Below are positions 9,558-18,832 of a stretch of 49,898 nucleotides of DNA, one piece after another. How positions within the stretch are numbered: the stretch's first letter is position 1; the number at the start of each line of letters is the position of its first letter. The stretch lies in the NCBI GenBank assembly GCA_052055015.1, contig JBQJIT010000029.1; one strand, written 5' to 3'. Origin of the DNA: Malassezia furfur. Taxonomy: Eukaryota. The notes below the pieces were generated by a model. It saw only the letters and a program-made list of their open reading frames with translations. It did not search any database and was not told the origin of the DNA. The translations under genes and the position numbers were made by a program.

Positions 9558-12128
9558 ATGTCGAGTAGCGCGGCGAAGGCCGAGATGGCCGGCAGTGATG
9601 CGGACGCAAGCCGCAAGTCAGACACTGACATGGAGTCATCCGCGGTGATGGAGTATTTGCGTGCGCGTGGGTTTGGCAAGGCGCTTGCAGCGATGCAGGC
9701 CGAAATGGATGCGACCGCCAAGGGCGCCTCGTCGGAAGACGCGGTCAAGGCGCGCGAGGCGCAATTTGGCAGTCTGGTCGTCGGGATCGACGAGATTGCG
9801 AGCAAGAATGTGCCGCGCGATCCGCGTGACAAGGATGCGCCCGAGACGGGCCCGAGCAGTGCGCTGGAGCAGGCGGGTGCCCAAGCCTTGCTTCTTGACC
9901 CGACCGACACCGCGCGCGGCTTTGCCATGATCAAGACGTGGTGCGGCGGGAGCCTGGACATTTACCAGCCCGAGCTTCTGCCGCTGCTTCTGCCGTTGTT
10001 TGTGCACAGCTACCTGAACCTGGTGGACATGGGCCTCGGCTCGGCTGCCGAGGAGTTTTATGCAGCACACGCGTCCTTCTTTTTGCCGATCCACTCGGAG
10101 CTGCTGTCGCACCTGCGCTCGCTTGGGCTCCCATCGCAGATTGCAACAGACGAGCTGGCACAGCGCTTCCGCACGGAGCGCTACGTGCTCAAGATGTCGC
10201 CCAACGTATTTGGTCTGCTGATCGGCTGGCTGACCGACGGGACGAGTCCCGTGGGCTTTGCCGGGATGGACGAGTCGGCGGTGATCGATAATATGCTTGA
10301 GCCATCGCGCCGTGGGCGCGAGGCGATGCTCAAAATCATCAATGAGCGCTGCCGTCTGCAGGTGTTGCGCTCGGCGCTCTTCCAGCTCGACCCGTCGGAG
10401 CTCGAGGAAGGCACGGGCCTCACGGGCGCGGGCCCGAGCTTCTCGAACGCGGCGAATGCGTCGCAGTCGCGTATCCATGCGGCGCTCGGCGCTCAGGCCG
10501 TGAGCGAGACCGACGCGATCGCCGAGTTCAACTCGCGGGCTGCTGGGCCGGTGCTTAAGCTGCACCCCCGAATCCCGCTGGCCGAGGATTTGAAGGAAGA
10601 GGTTGATCATATTCTTCGCGAGGAGCAGTCGCAGGCGCGCACACAGACGCAGCCCACCAAGTCGGCGACTCCCGCGCCCGGCGACGCCGAGGAGCGTAGC
10701 GAGGGCGGCGCAGCGCCCAAGTCACGCTCGCAGTCGCTGGCGCCGAGCGCACGCGAGGGCAGCGTCGCTGCCGAGGAGGCCGCCGAGGCCACGCACCCTC
10801 CCGAGGCGGACCCGAGCGCAGGACTGCACGAGGCGACGCTGGCCGACCTGCCGCCGCAGCCATCGGCGTTCCGAACCGTGGATCTCCTGCGCGAGGTCGA
10901 GCGGGTACGTGACGCGCGCAAATGTCTGCGCATCGACCCGAAGCTCGCGCCTGAGCCAGCGTCGGCGACGGGCGATGCGGCGCAGCATGCGACGCTGTGG
11001 CCTGGTGTGCCGCGCACCGTCGGCCTTCCGAGCGTGTGTATGTACACCTACTACGACGCCGAGGATGGTCTGACGTGCTCCAAGACCTCGGAGGACCTCA
11101 CGTTGATGGCTGCTGGATTTGAGGAGAGCTACGTGCAGCTGTGGAGCCTCAAAGGCGAGCCGCTGCAAGAGCTGCAGAGCGACTTTTCGCTCTCGGCCAT
11201 CCGCGACCGCCGCTCGCTCAACAAGCACCGCGAGCCGTTCCCGTACTCGACGCGCAAACTCGTGGGGCACAGTGCGCCCGTGTACGGCGTTGCATTCGAC
11301 CCGGTCGGCGGCAGCGCCTCGCGCCCGCGGCACCTGCTCAGCTGCTCCGCTGATGGCACCGCGCGGCTCTGGAGCCTGGACACATACGCGGCGCTCGTTG
11401 CGTACCGTGGGCACCAGTACCCCGTGTGGGACGTGACATGGGGCCCGCTCGGCACCTACTTCGCGACCGCGAGCGCGGACCGCACCGCGCGTCTGTGGAG
11501 CGCAGAGCGCATCAACCCGCTGCGCATCTACGCAGGGCATCTGTCCGACGTGGACTGCGTGCGCTTCCACCCCAACTCGCTCTACCTCGCGACCGGTTCC
11601 TCGGACCGCACGTGCCGGCTGTGGGACGTGCAGCGCGGCGCATGCGTGCGCCTCTTTGTTGGGAGCCAGTCGCCGATCTCGTGTGTACGCATTAGCAGCG
11701 ACGGGCGCTACCTCGCGTCAGCGAGCGCGGGCAACACAATGGGCGCATTTGCGCAGGCAACGGGCAGCGCTTCGGATGACTACGCCATCTCCCTGTGGGA
11801 CATGGCGAGCGGGCGGCGCATCAAAAAGATGTGGGGACACACGGGTACCATCCACGAAATGGACTTCAGCGCAGACGGCGCCGTGCTCGTCACCGGCTCG
11901 GCGGACGCGACGGTGCGCTGCTGGGACGTGCGTGCCGCGGGGCAGGACGTCGGGCCGACGCACGAGCCGAGCACCACGTTCCACGGCGACGCACGGGATG
12001 CGCGGACCAGCTCGGACTGCGTCGCGACCTACCACACCAAGGCGACGCCCGTGTACGACATTCACTTCTCGCCGCGCAACTTGTGCCTGGCAGCAGGCGT
12101 GCACGCCCCGGCCAGCACGGCCCCGTAG
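9558..12128 (+). CDS. TAF5: TFIID/SAGA subunit Taf5
   Basis: LisH-like segment (VMEYLRARGF), NTD2 (SLDIYQPELLPLLLPLFVHSYLNLV) and WD40 repeats (LRIYAGHLSDVDCVRFHPNSLYLATGSSDRTCRLWDV). Confidence 0.93.
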   Translation: MSSSAAKAEMAGSDADASRKSDTDMESSAVMEYLRARGFGKALAAMQAEMDATAKGASSEDAVKAREAQFGSLVVGIDEIASKNVPRDPRDKDAPETGPSSALEQAGAQALLLDPTDTARGFAMIKTWCGGSLDIYQPELLPLLLPLFVHSYLNLVDMGLGSAAEEFYAAHASFFLPIHSELLSHLRSLGLPSQIATDELAQRFRTERYVLKMSPNVFGLLIGWLTDGTSPVGFAGMDESAVIDNMLEPSRRGREAMLKIINERCRLQVLRSALFQLDPSELEEGTGLTGAGPSFSNAANASQSRIHAALGAQAVSETDAIAEFNSRAAGPVLKLHPRIPLAEDLKEEVDHILREEQSQARTQTQPTKSATPAPGDAEERSEGGAAPKSRSQSLAPSAREGSVAAEEAAEATHPPEADPSAGLHEATLADLPPQPSAFRTVDLLREVERVRDARKCLRIDPKLAPEPASATGDAAQHATLWPGVPRTVGLPSVCMYTYYDAEDGLTCSKTSEDLTLMAAGFEESYVQLWSLKGEPLQELQSDFSLSAIRDRRSLNKHREPFPYSTRKLVGHSAPVYGVAFDPVGGSASRPRHLLSCSADGTARLWSLDTYAALVAYRGHQYPVWDVTWGPLGTYFATASADRTARLWSAERINPLRIYAGHLSDVDCVRFHPNSLYLATGSSDRTCRLWDVQRGACVRLFVGSQSPISCVRISSDGRYLASASAGNTMGAFAQATGSASDDYAISLWDMASGRRIKKMWGHTGTIHEMDFSADGAVLVTGSADATVRCWDVRAAGQDVGPTHEPSTTFHGDARDARTSSDCVATYHTKATPVYDIHFSPRNLCLAAGVHAPASTAP

Positions 12129-12154
12129 CTTGTACAACTAGTTCCCAGATACGT

Positions 12155-13788
12155 CTATCTGCGCGTGTCGCCCAACACCGACACGATACTCGCGCGCACA
12201 ATGTCTGCGGCGCGCGCGACCTCGCCATCGTCGAGCTCCGAGGTGACTGCCACGCGCAGACTCGGCCGGTCGGTGTCCTCGGCAAGCGCCACATCGGGAC
12301 GCACACACCGCAGCCGGTGGTCGCGCACCAGCATCACACCCTGGTTCAGCGCGTTTTTGACAATGGCACGCAGAAGCTCCTCCTGCTCTTTGACGCTCAG
12401 GTCATGCGGCACGGTCTTGTGCGCATGGCGCACCTGCAGTGTATCCGACTTGGGCGCGAGCTTGCTCCGGATCTGCACGTGGATCAGCGCACTCTCGGGC
12501 GCACTCGGGATCTCAATGCTCCCGATGCGGTCGAGCACGCTGCGAATCTTGTGGATGTTCTTCTGCAGGTTCGTCATACGGTATGGTTGCGTGGTGAGCA
12601 ATTGCATCGCCGTCGTCGCACCGTTGGCCACCATCACGGGCATCGCTGCCGAGAAGATGAACGACAGGCCGTTAATGCGCTGGTGGCGCACGGCAAACGC
12701 CGTCGATGCACAAAAACCACCGCCGGCACCAAAGGCAATCGCCATGTTGCCAATGATAAAGTCGATGTCGTCGGGGTCCACGTTTTGGTACTCCGTCAGC
12801 CCACGGCCCGTCCTGCCCAGCGTCCCGATGCTGTACGATTCGTCCAAAAAGATGCGGAATTTGTATCGCTTGGCCAGCTCAACAACCTTGGGCAGGTCTG
12901 AAATCGCGCCATCGCTCTCAAACAGGCCCTCAGTTACAATGATGCGCCGACGCAGCGGCACCTGGTCTTTGAGCTGCATCTGCACGCGGTGCAACACTGC
13001 TTCGAGAGACGCCATGTTGTTATGCTCGTACCAGTAAATGGTGCTGCGCGACAGCTGCAGCGCACACTGGATCGCAAAGTTCACCCCAGAATCCGCCACA
13101 ATAATGTCACCACGCTTGCAAAACGCGGGGATGGCACCCGAAATCGTGCTGAAGCCCTGCGAGTAGATAATCGAATCTTCCTTGCGCAAAAACTCGGCGA
13201 TGCACTTTTCGAGCTTCATGTGCATATCACTCGTACCGTAGAAGCCAGGCGGCGAGCAGCTACCCACGCCGTATTCTCGCAAAATCGCCTGGGCCTGCGC
13301 CGTCATCTCGGGCGCATTGACCATACCCGTAAAGTTGAAACTCGCCAGGTTCAGCACGTCGCGTGGCTGCGTCCCGGAGAGCTCCGGGGCAGTGACCTTG
13401 ACACGCGGACCAGAGAGGCCCACCATCATGGGCACCTCGTCGAGGTCACGCTGCTCAGTGGCACTCAGCGGCTCACATAGCGGCTCGGGGTGGAATTCTT
13501 TTACCAGATAGTCGATGTCCTGTTGTGAGCCAAACCACCTACCTTATCTTCCAGCTGCACAAAATTGTTTGTGTTCTGGCCGCTGCGCGTGCGGTTTTGC
13601 AAGATGGTGCGCACCGCAAAGATGAGCAACGCCAGCTCCAGCAGCGACCGAATGGGGTCGTCCTGGTAGCTGCTGGCAATGTAGCGCATGATGATGTCCC
13701 GTCCTGGGATCATGCGGAGGAAATCCATTCCATATTGCGCAAGTGCTGAAACCGGGTCATGGAAGATCTGTGCATCCTGCTCAACCAT
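12155..13788 (-). CDS. LCB1: Serine palmitoyltransferase subunit 1; 2 exons
   Basis: SSYQDDPIRSLLEL, NLASFNF, YGVGSCSPPGFYGT and DESYSIG. A 23-nt intron at 13520-13542 (GTAGGT...CTCAC.AACAG) joins EDK|DIDYLVKEFHPEPL, giving 536 aa. Confidence 0.92.
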
Positions 13789-14039
13789 ATTGCTCGTCGT
13801 CGCGCGGGCCGTCAGAAGACTGGCGTCGGTGGGGGTGGAGACAAGACGTCGCGGATTTAATCGCCCCGTCGCTTGCGCGACTGCACGCCCGATCGCGCTG
13901 CCGTAAGCCGCAGGGGACGCGTACACCGACGCGTTTGCGTGTCCGAATGCGGCCTTCGCAACGGCACCCTTGGTTGGCGAGAAGGTCTGCATCTATCGTA
14001 TGTTGCGCCTCACACGCTCCTATGTAAACAAAGTGAAAC

Positions 14040-14643
14040 TCATTCCGTAGCTGGCGCGGACGACTCCTGACTCTCGTCGATCCAGCTTTGTTCCACGGTG
14101 AGCTTCACCCGGCGCACGTATTCCTTCATGTTTTCGCGGTATAGGGACGCAGCTTCTGCGTTTGCAGGGCTAGGTAAGCCAAGGAGACGGAGCACGTACC
14201 TGTTCGGGTTCGGATCATGAAGGAGACTCTGGATACTTGTGAGGATCGCCGCAACATCGTAGGTCGGGCTCCATCGATTTTGCAGGATATCGAGACACAG
14301 CTCCCCATTCGCATAGACATTCGGGTGGAACATCTTGCTCAGAAATTTCACAGTGGGGGGTTTGTTGGGGTACGATTCGTCAAAGGTCAGCAAGAGCTTG
14401 AATGTGCCATCTTCGAATGGTGTATCCGCTGCGATGTAAGTCACCCTGTGGTACAAAACATACCTGGACCAAAAATCACTGCATTCCAAACCAGCAGGTT
14501 ATCTGCGCAGGGCGCACCGGAAATGCCACCCGGCGGATCGGAAGAGAGGCGCTTGAAATCACGGATGAGCCTACGCTTAGATGGTGTCGACTGTTTCCGC
14601 GGTTAGTCTCCTGTCCCATTCCAGAAAAAAGACCACATACCAT
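14040..14643 (-). CDS. RAD6: Ubiquitin-conjugating enzyme E2 Rad6/Ubc2; 4 exons
   Basis: Spliced protein [16 protein letters not shown]...[18 protein letters not shown]...[25 protein letters not shown]...PN|SPAN. Introns at 14591-14640 (50 nt), 14429-14463 (35) and 14170-14199 (30, in frame). 162 aa. Confidence 0.95.
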
Positions 14644-15000
14644 CGATACGCGTCAGAAGAAAGGTCCGCCCACTCTTCACAGCTGTCAAGGGATACCCAA
14701 TGCAGGCCTGTGGCAATCACTTGGTGTGTGGAGACACTTTTGGAGTGGACACACCTGCAGGAAATCGGTCCATCGGACACGTGGCTATACGCTGCGGAGG
14801 CCACCTAGTGCCCGCCAAGGCGGGTATAACTCGAAGGGTTTCGACCCAAGGCACAATGTCTCACAAGACCGGATAAGATTGATGTTCGATATATAAGTAG
14901 GTTTTGGTATTAGCCGATACAAAAAATGCGCGTCTTTCTTTTCGAGTTCACGGTCAGGTTCTAATCTATACAGCGAAGTAGCCACGACAAAGGCGGGCAA

Positions 15001-15433
15001 TTAGGCCTTCATGGCAGGCTGGGGCTGGAAGCCGCTGTTGCGGTTCACGCGCCAGCCACAAATGCCACACGTCCAGATATGCTCGGAACGGAAAGGAATC
15101 TGCGTTAGTGCCACATCTTCAAGATCCACGTACCAGCGGGACCCAGCAGAGCTCAAACCACGTCCGACTCTTTGCCTCAACCACTTGTGCATTGTGGCAA
15201 CGGGGGCAGACGTAAGGCGTGCCGTCACCCTCTTGCGAGGTCTTGTCAGGGCACCCAAAGATAATAGGAATACAGAAAAAGAAGTCTCCCTGGAAATAGT
15301 CAGCAAACGTTCCTAGGGGCGCATGGACCAATGTCGTGTGCTCATATCGGATCGCATTATACCGGTTCCACTATCCCAGACCTGCTGGTCCAGAAAACAA
15401 CACATGCAGGCCACGCGCATAGACACATACCAT
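15001..15433 (-). CDS. Small fungal zinc-ribbon protein (85 aa); 3 exons
   Basis: M|GDFFFCIPIIFGC...CPRCHNAQV...WFELCWVPL|IPFRSEHIWTCGICGW has two CxxC pairs. Introns at 15290-15430 (141 nt, ATG|GTATGT...CTGAC...CAG) and 15100-15133 (34 nt). Confidence 0.75.
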
Positions 15434-15564
15434 ACTGAAGCTTTACGTCGCAATATGGACAATGGCAAGGATAGGATCACCAAAAGCCCGTGTGCCTATA
15501 CAGCGCCCAGGGCTACCCCGGCCGACGCCAGTGCCGACGCCAAATGCCCGTCTACATCATATGA

Positions 15565-16434
15565 CTAAGCATTACATGGCCCCTGCACTTCGTTCCAGTA
15601 GACAGCCAGGGCTTTCAGCTTGTAGCCAAGCCAGAGCTCCTCGACTTGGACGCCAAAGCGGGCATTGGGAAACATGGTCGTCAGTTGGTCAACTTCATGA
15701 AGGTCCACATTGCGCGGTAGATAAAACACAATCTTGTCACAGATGGTCCGTGCCAAGCGAAAAAGCTCCTGTCCACCCACGGGGCGAAGCAGAGAAAGAG
15801 GGTATATGTCGGTATATTCTTGTTCCTTTCGCCCCGGTGCCATTGTAGGATTCAGGTAGTCTACTCCGCCCCAGGGTGGAGACAAGAACACCACATCAAT
15901 TTTGTGTCGGAGCCAGCCCTGCCAGCGGTCTGTGTCTTCTGTGTGACTGGCTCGAGCGCGGGCAAAGTCGCAAAAATCACCACACAAGAATGTAATGCGA
16001 TCTTCAACACCATATATAGCTGCATTGTTCCGCGCCAGCGCAATTTTTAAGGGGTCAATATCAATAGCCACAACATGCCCGCACGTCATAGCAAACTGAA
16101 TTGCATTGCCACCCGCCCCACAGAACGCATCGAGGATAACCTCACAGGCACATTGAGTCGCCAGGCGATATGCGACCGCTTCTGGTGTTACCGAAAACCA
16201 GGATTCTTCATCCAGCAATATACCTTCCGAAAAGCGCGAGAAAAGGTCATGGCGTGCGTGCCAGTATTTGTGCATGGAAGGTGGCAGATCCTGTTTGCTA
16301 CGAATAGCAACTTCCTGTGCTCGATTCATAGTTTCAGGCTCATCGTCTTGGCTCATGTATCGATGCTCCTCGCCCGGCATCTTGGAGTGCCTTCGGACGG
16401 CAGGAAGAAGGGTGTCTCCACATAGTCGTTCCAT
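15565..16434 (-). CDS. TGS1: Trimethylguanosine synthase (snRNA cap hypermethylase)
   Basis: KYWHARHDLFSRF, DEESWFSVTPE, SAM motif LDAFCGAGGNAIQFA, FLSPPWGG and YLPRN. The start may instead be the ATG at 16380. Confidence 0.92.
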   Translation of the reverse strand: MERLCGDTLLPAVRRHSKMPGEEHRYMSQDDEPETMNRAQEVAIRSKQDLPPSMHKYWHARHDLFSRFSEGILLDEESWFSVTPEAVAYRLATQCACEVILDAFCGAGGNAIQFAMTCGHVVAIDIDPLKIALARNNAAIYGVEDRITFLCGDFCDFARARASHTEDTDRWQGWLRHKIDVVFLSPPWGGVDYLNPTMAPGRKEQEYTDIYPLSLLRPVGGQELFRLARTICDKIVFYLPRNVDLHEVDQLTTMFPNARFGVQVEELWLGYKLKALAVYWNEVQGPCNA

Positions 16435-16436
16435 TT

Positions 16437-17469
16437 CTACTTGATTTTGTAGAGGGCCTGGGCCGTTGTGCTATGCAATTGAGTATTAACCTCGGAGAGG
16501 ATGTCGGTGATCTAGGATGAGCAAATACACACACCTTCTGTACCTCATTAAAATCATCTGCTGGTCCTTGCAGCGCGTAACAGGTAGTGCGCCCAATCGC
16601 CGGCATAGTGCATAGCAACAGATCGACACTGGCATGCGTTGCCTCCTCGAGCGAGGGGTCCACGAGCCACTTTTGGTGCACCTTGCCTTGGAAGGGAAGG
16701 GAAGGAATAGCGGACTGTCGTCAGTGGTTCCACGTACGGCTGTGCTACCAGTAACAAGGCCATACATTTCGATTCCCGCCTCAGCTAGCGCTGCGCTCGC
16801 TGCCGTCGTGGCCAGTGCGATACAACCAGATACCGACGTGTCCATATCTAGTACAGTGATGTAGACGTCGATTGATGCTTTGGGAAGCAAATCCAGCCTG
16901 ATAGCAGGAAGTAAAGCTTGCTTCACTTGGGCAGCTGAGCCCGGCGACTCGACGTCCTTTCCCGGTTTAAAGCGATGGACGTCGCTGAACGGCGCCATGT
17001 TGAAAGCCACGTTGAGCTCCGCTTGGCCTGCATATTGGCGTCCACGCACTTGACGCGGACCATGCCTGCTGTGAGCAGAAGCGACTTACACAGCACATGC
17101 GAGCTTGGTGCGTCCGCATTCTAGCAATGCGCTCCCACTGGCGTTGGGGACCAGTCCGGTTTGGACATCTTCGGTAAGCAGGATTAACGTACACATGGGC
17201 CGAGCTTCCTTTTCACCGCGCCCATCACCGCGATCCGCAAAATCGCGCCGGGCAATGCGCGGGACCACAAGTTTGTCTTCTCCGACGGTCATGGAAGCCC
17301 GCTCGAGCTCGTTTGTGGCTTTCAGAGTCGGTTCAACAAGAAGCCGCTGCTCGTCAAGCGCCCAGACAGGATGATTCGTCGTAACTTCATCACTTGTATT
17401 GAGATTGAATAGAGGCAAAAACGTTTCGTCCGGGCCATTGACCCGTCGACGATCGTACAAGGCAGCCAT
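16437..17469 (-). CDS. MTR3: RNA exosome RNase PH-like subunit Mtr3; 5 exons
   Basis: N-terminal DRRRVNGP, then ASGSALLE..TKLACAVHGPR and LPKASIDVYITVL. Introns at 17169-17192 (24 nt), 17066-17089 (24), 16715-16737 (23) and 16512-16534 (23) give a 312-aa protein. Confidence 0.88.
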
Positions 17470-17581
17470 GCTGGTCTGACCTGAAACAACCTCGCGGCGA
17501 CCTCCACAACAAAAATGTCTGAGTTCGAGGGGGAAGGGGGGAGTCTACGGTCGTTCCAAAAGGAAAAAAGGGCGAAGCTCG

Positions 17582-18686
17582 TTACAGAGCTAGCATAGTG
17601 GCAGCCAGCGTCGTCGCGGCCGCGACTCCGACCATGGCCGAGGAGATGCGGACGGTCGAGGCAGACGACTTTGCGCTCGATTCGTACACGTACAGGTTGC
17701 CGACCGACCAGTAGGCGTCCTGGAAACTCTGGCCTGCCTGGCCAACCTGGTTGGCACACGACTGGTATTTAGCCGGGCATTGCGACACCTGGTCGTATGC
17801 ATTGCCTGCCCAGTCACCACACAGCGTGATGTCAAACACAATCTTGTGTGCGTCAAACTGGCTCGAGCCGTCGGCGTTGTTCGAACACGAAAGTTTGCCG
17901 AAGTTGGCCGCGGGCGTACCCCAGTTGTCGGGGTTCACGGTCTTGCCCGGCTTAGAGATATCGCTGGGCATGTTTTGCGACTTGTCCCAGAACCACATGC
18001 GAATACCCTTGCCATCCGAGCTAAAGTCGCGCTGCATCGCAACAACGGCACCACCCTTGTTGTTCACGTTGGAGCCCCAAGTGGCGGTGTCCGTGTTGTT
18101 CATCTCAATACGACAGCCGCTGTTGTCGTTGGCTTCGGCGTTGCAGTTGGTGAAGACGGTCGTACCGGTCTGCTGAGAACCGTCAATGGAGCAGTCGCCC
18201 TGGACGTGCACGGCCGCCAAGTTTGCAGGGTACTGGTCGTTCACGTTTTCCATGATATCGATCTCGCCACCCGTAGGCCACTGCGACGTATTGGCTGTGA
18301 CTGTCCAGAACGCGGGCCACACGGCGCAACCCGTAGGAATGTGCGACACTTGCAAGCTGAGTCAGTGCTAAATCCACGTACACAATCACGGCGTCCTCAT
18401 AGTTGGACTGCGACTGGATGCGCACACTAGGGCGTCCCTCCGTGCGCGTTGTCTCGGTGTCTACACGCATGACAAAATTCTTGTTGTCATCCACGTAGGT
18501 AAGGTTGAGCGACTTAGCGGCGTCCTCGCTCTGGTAGGTCACGAGTCCATTGGTGGGATCCTTGTCCGTCCAGTAGTCGAACTTGTTCATGTAGTCTTCA
18601 CCAGAGTACGTGTCCTTCAAGTTCCACGAAGCTGCGCGGGCAAGCGCAACAGCGCTCACACCAGCGACGATCGCTCCCAACCGCAT
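17582..18686 (-). CDS. Secreted, probably GPI-anchored GH16 endo-1,3(4)-beta-glucanase/transglycosylase; 2 exons
   Basis: Signal peptide MRLGAIVAG..., DPTNGLVTY, WPAFWT, catalytic GEIDIME, ITLCGDWAG and a hydrophobic C-terminus. 25-nt intron at 18357-18381. Confidence 0.88.
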
Positions 18687-18832
18687 GATGGAAGGAGTGG
18701 AAGTTGCCGTTCGCGACGCCCCGTCCGGCTCGCGCGCCAAGGCTTTACGCCCACCTTCCTAATGTTTAGTCATACGCGCGGCGCGGCGGGTCGCGCTGCC
18801 GCGGTGGCGAAGTGTTGTTCTGTTGCGACGCG

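Noticed and set aside
13789..13992. 68-codon in-frame N-terminal extension of LCB1
   Set aside because: It has no Lcb1-like sequence and would start 47 nt from the RAD6 stop. It is more likely UTR or promoter, though not excluded.
15575..15588. CATGGCCCCTGCAC resembles the U6 snRNA internal stem-loop
   Set aside because: The flanking ACAGAGA and AAGGATGA elements are absent, and the match is antisense to the last TGS1 codons. It is a chance match.
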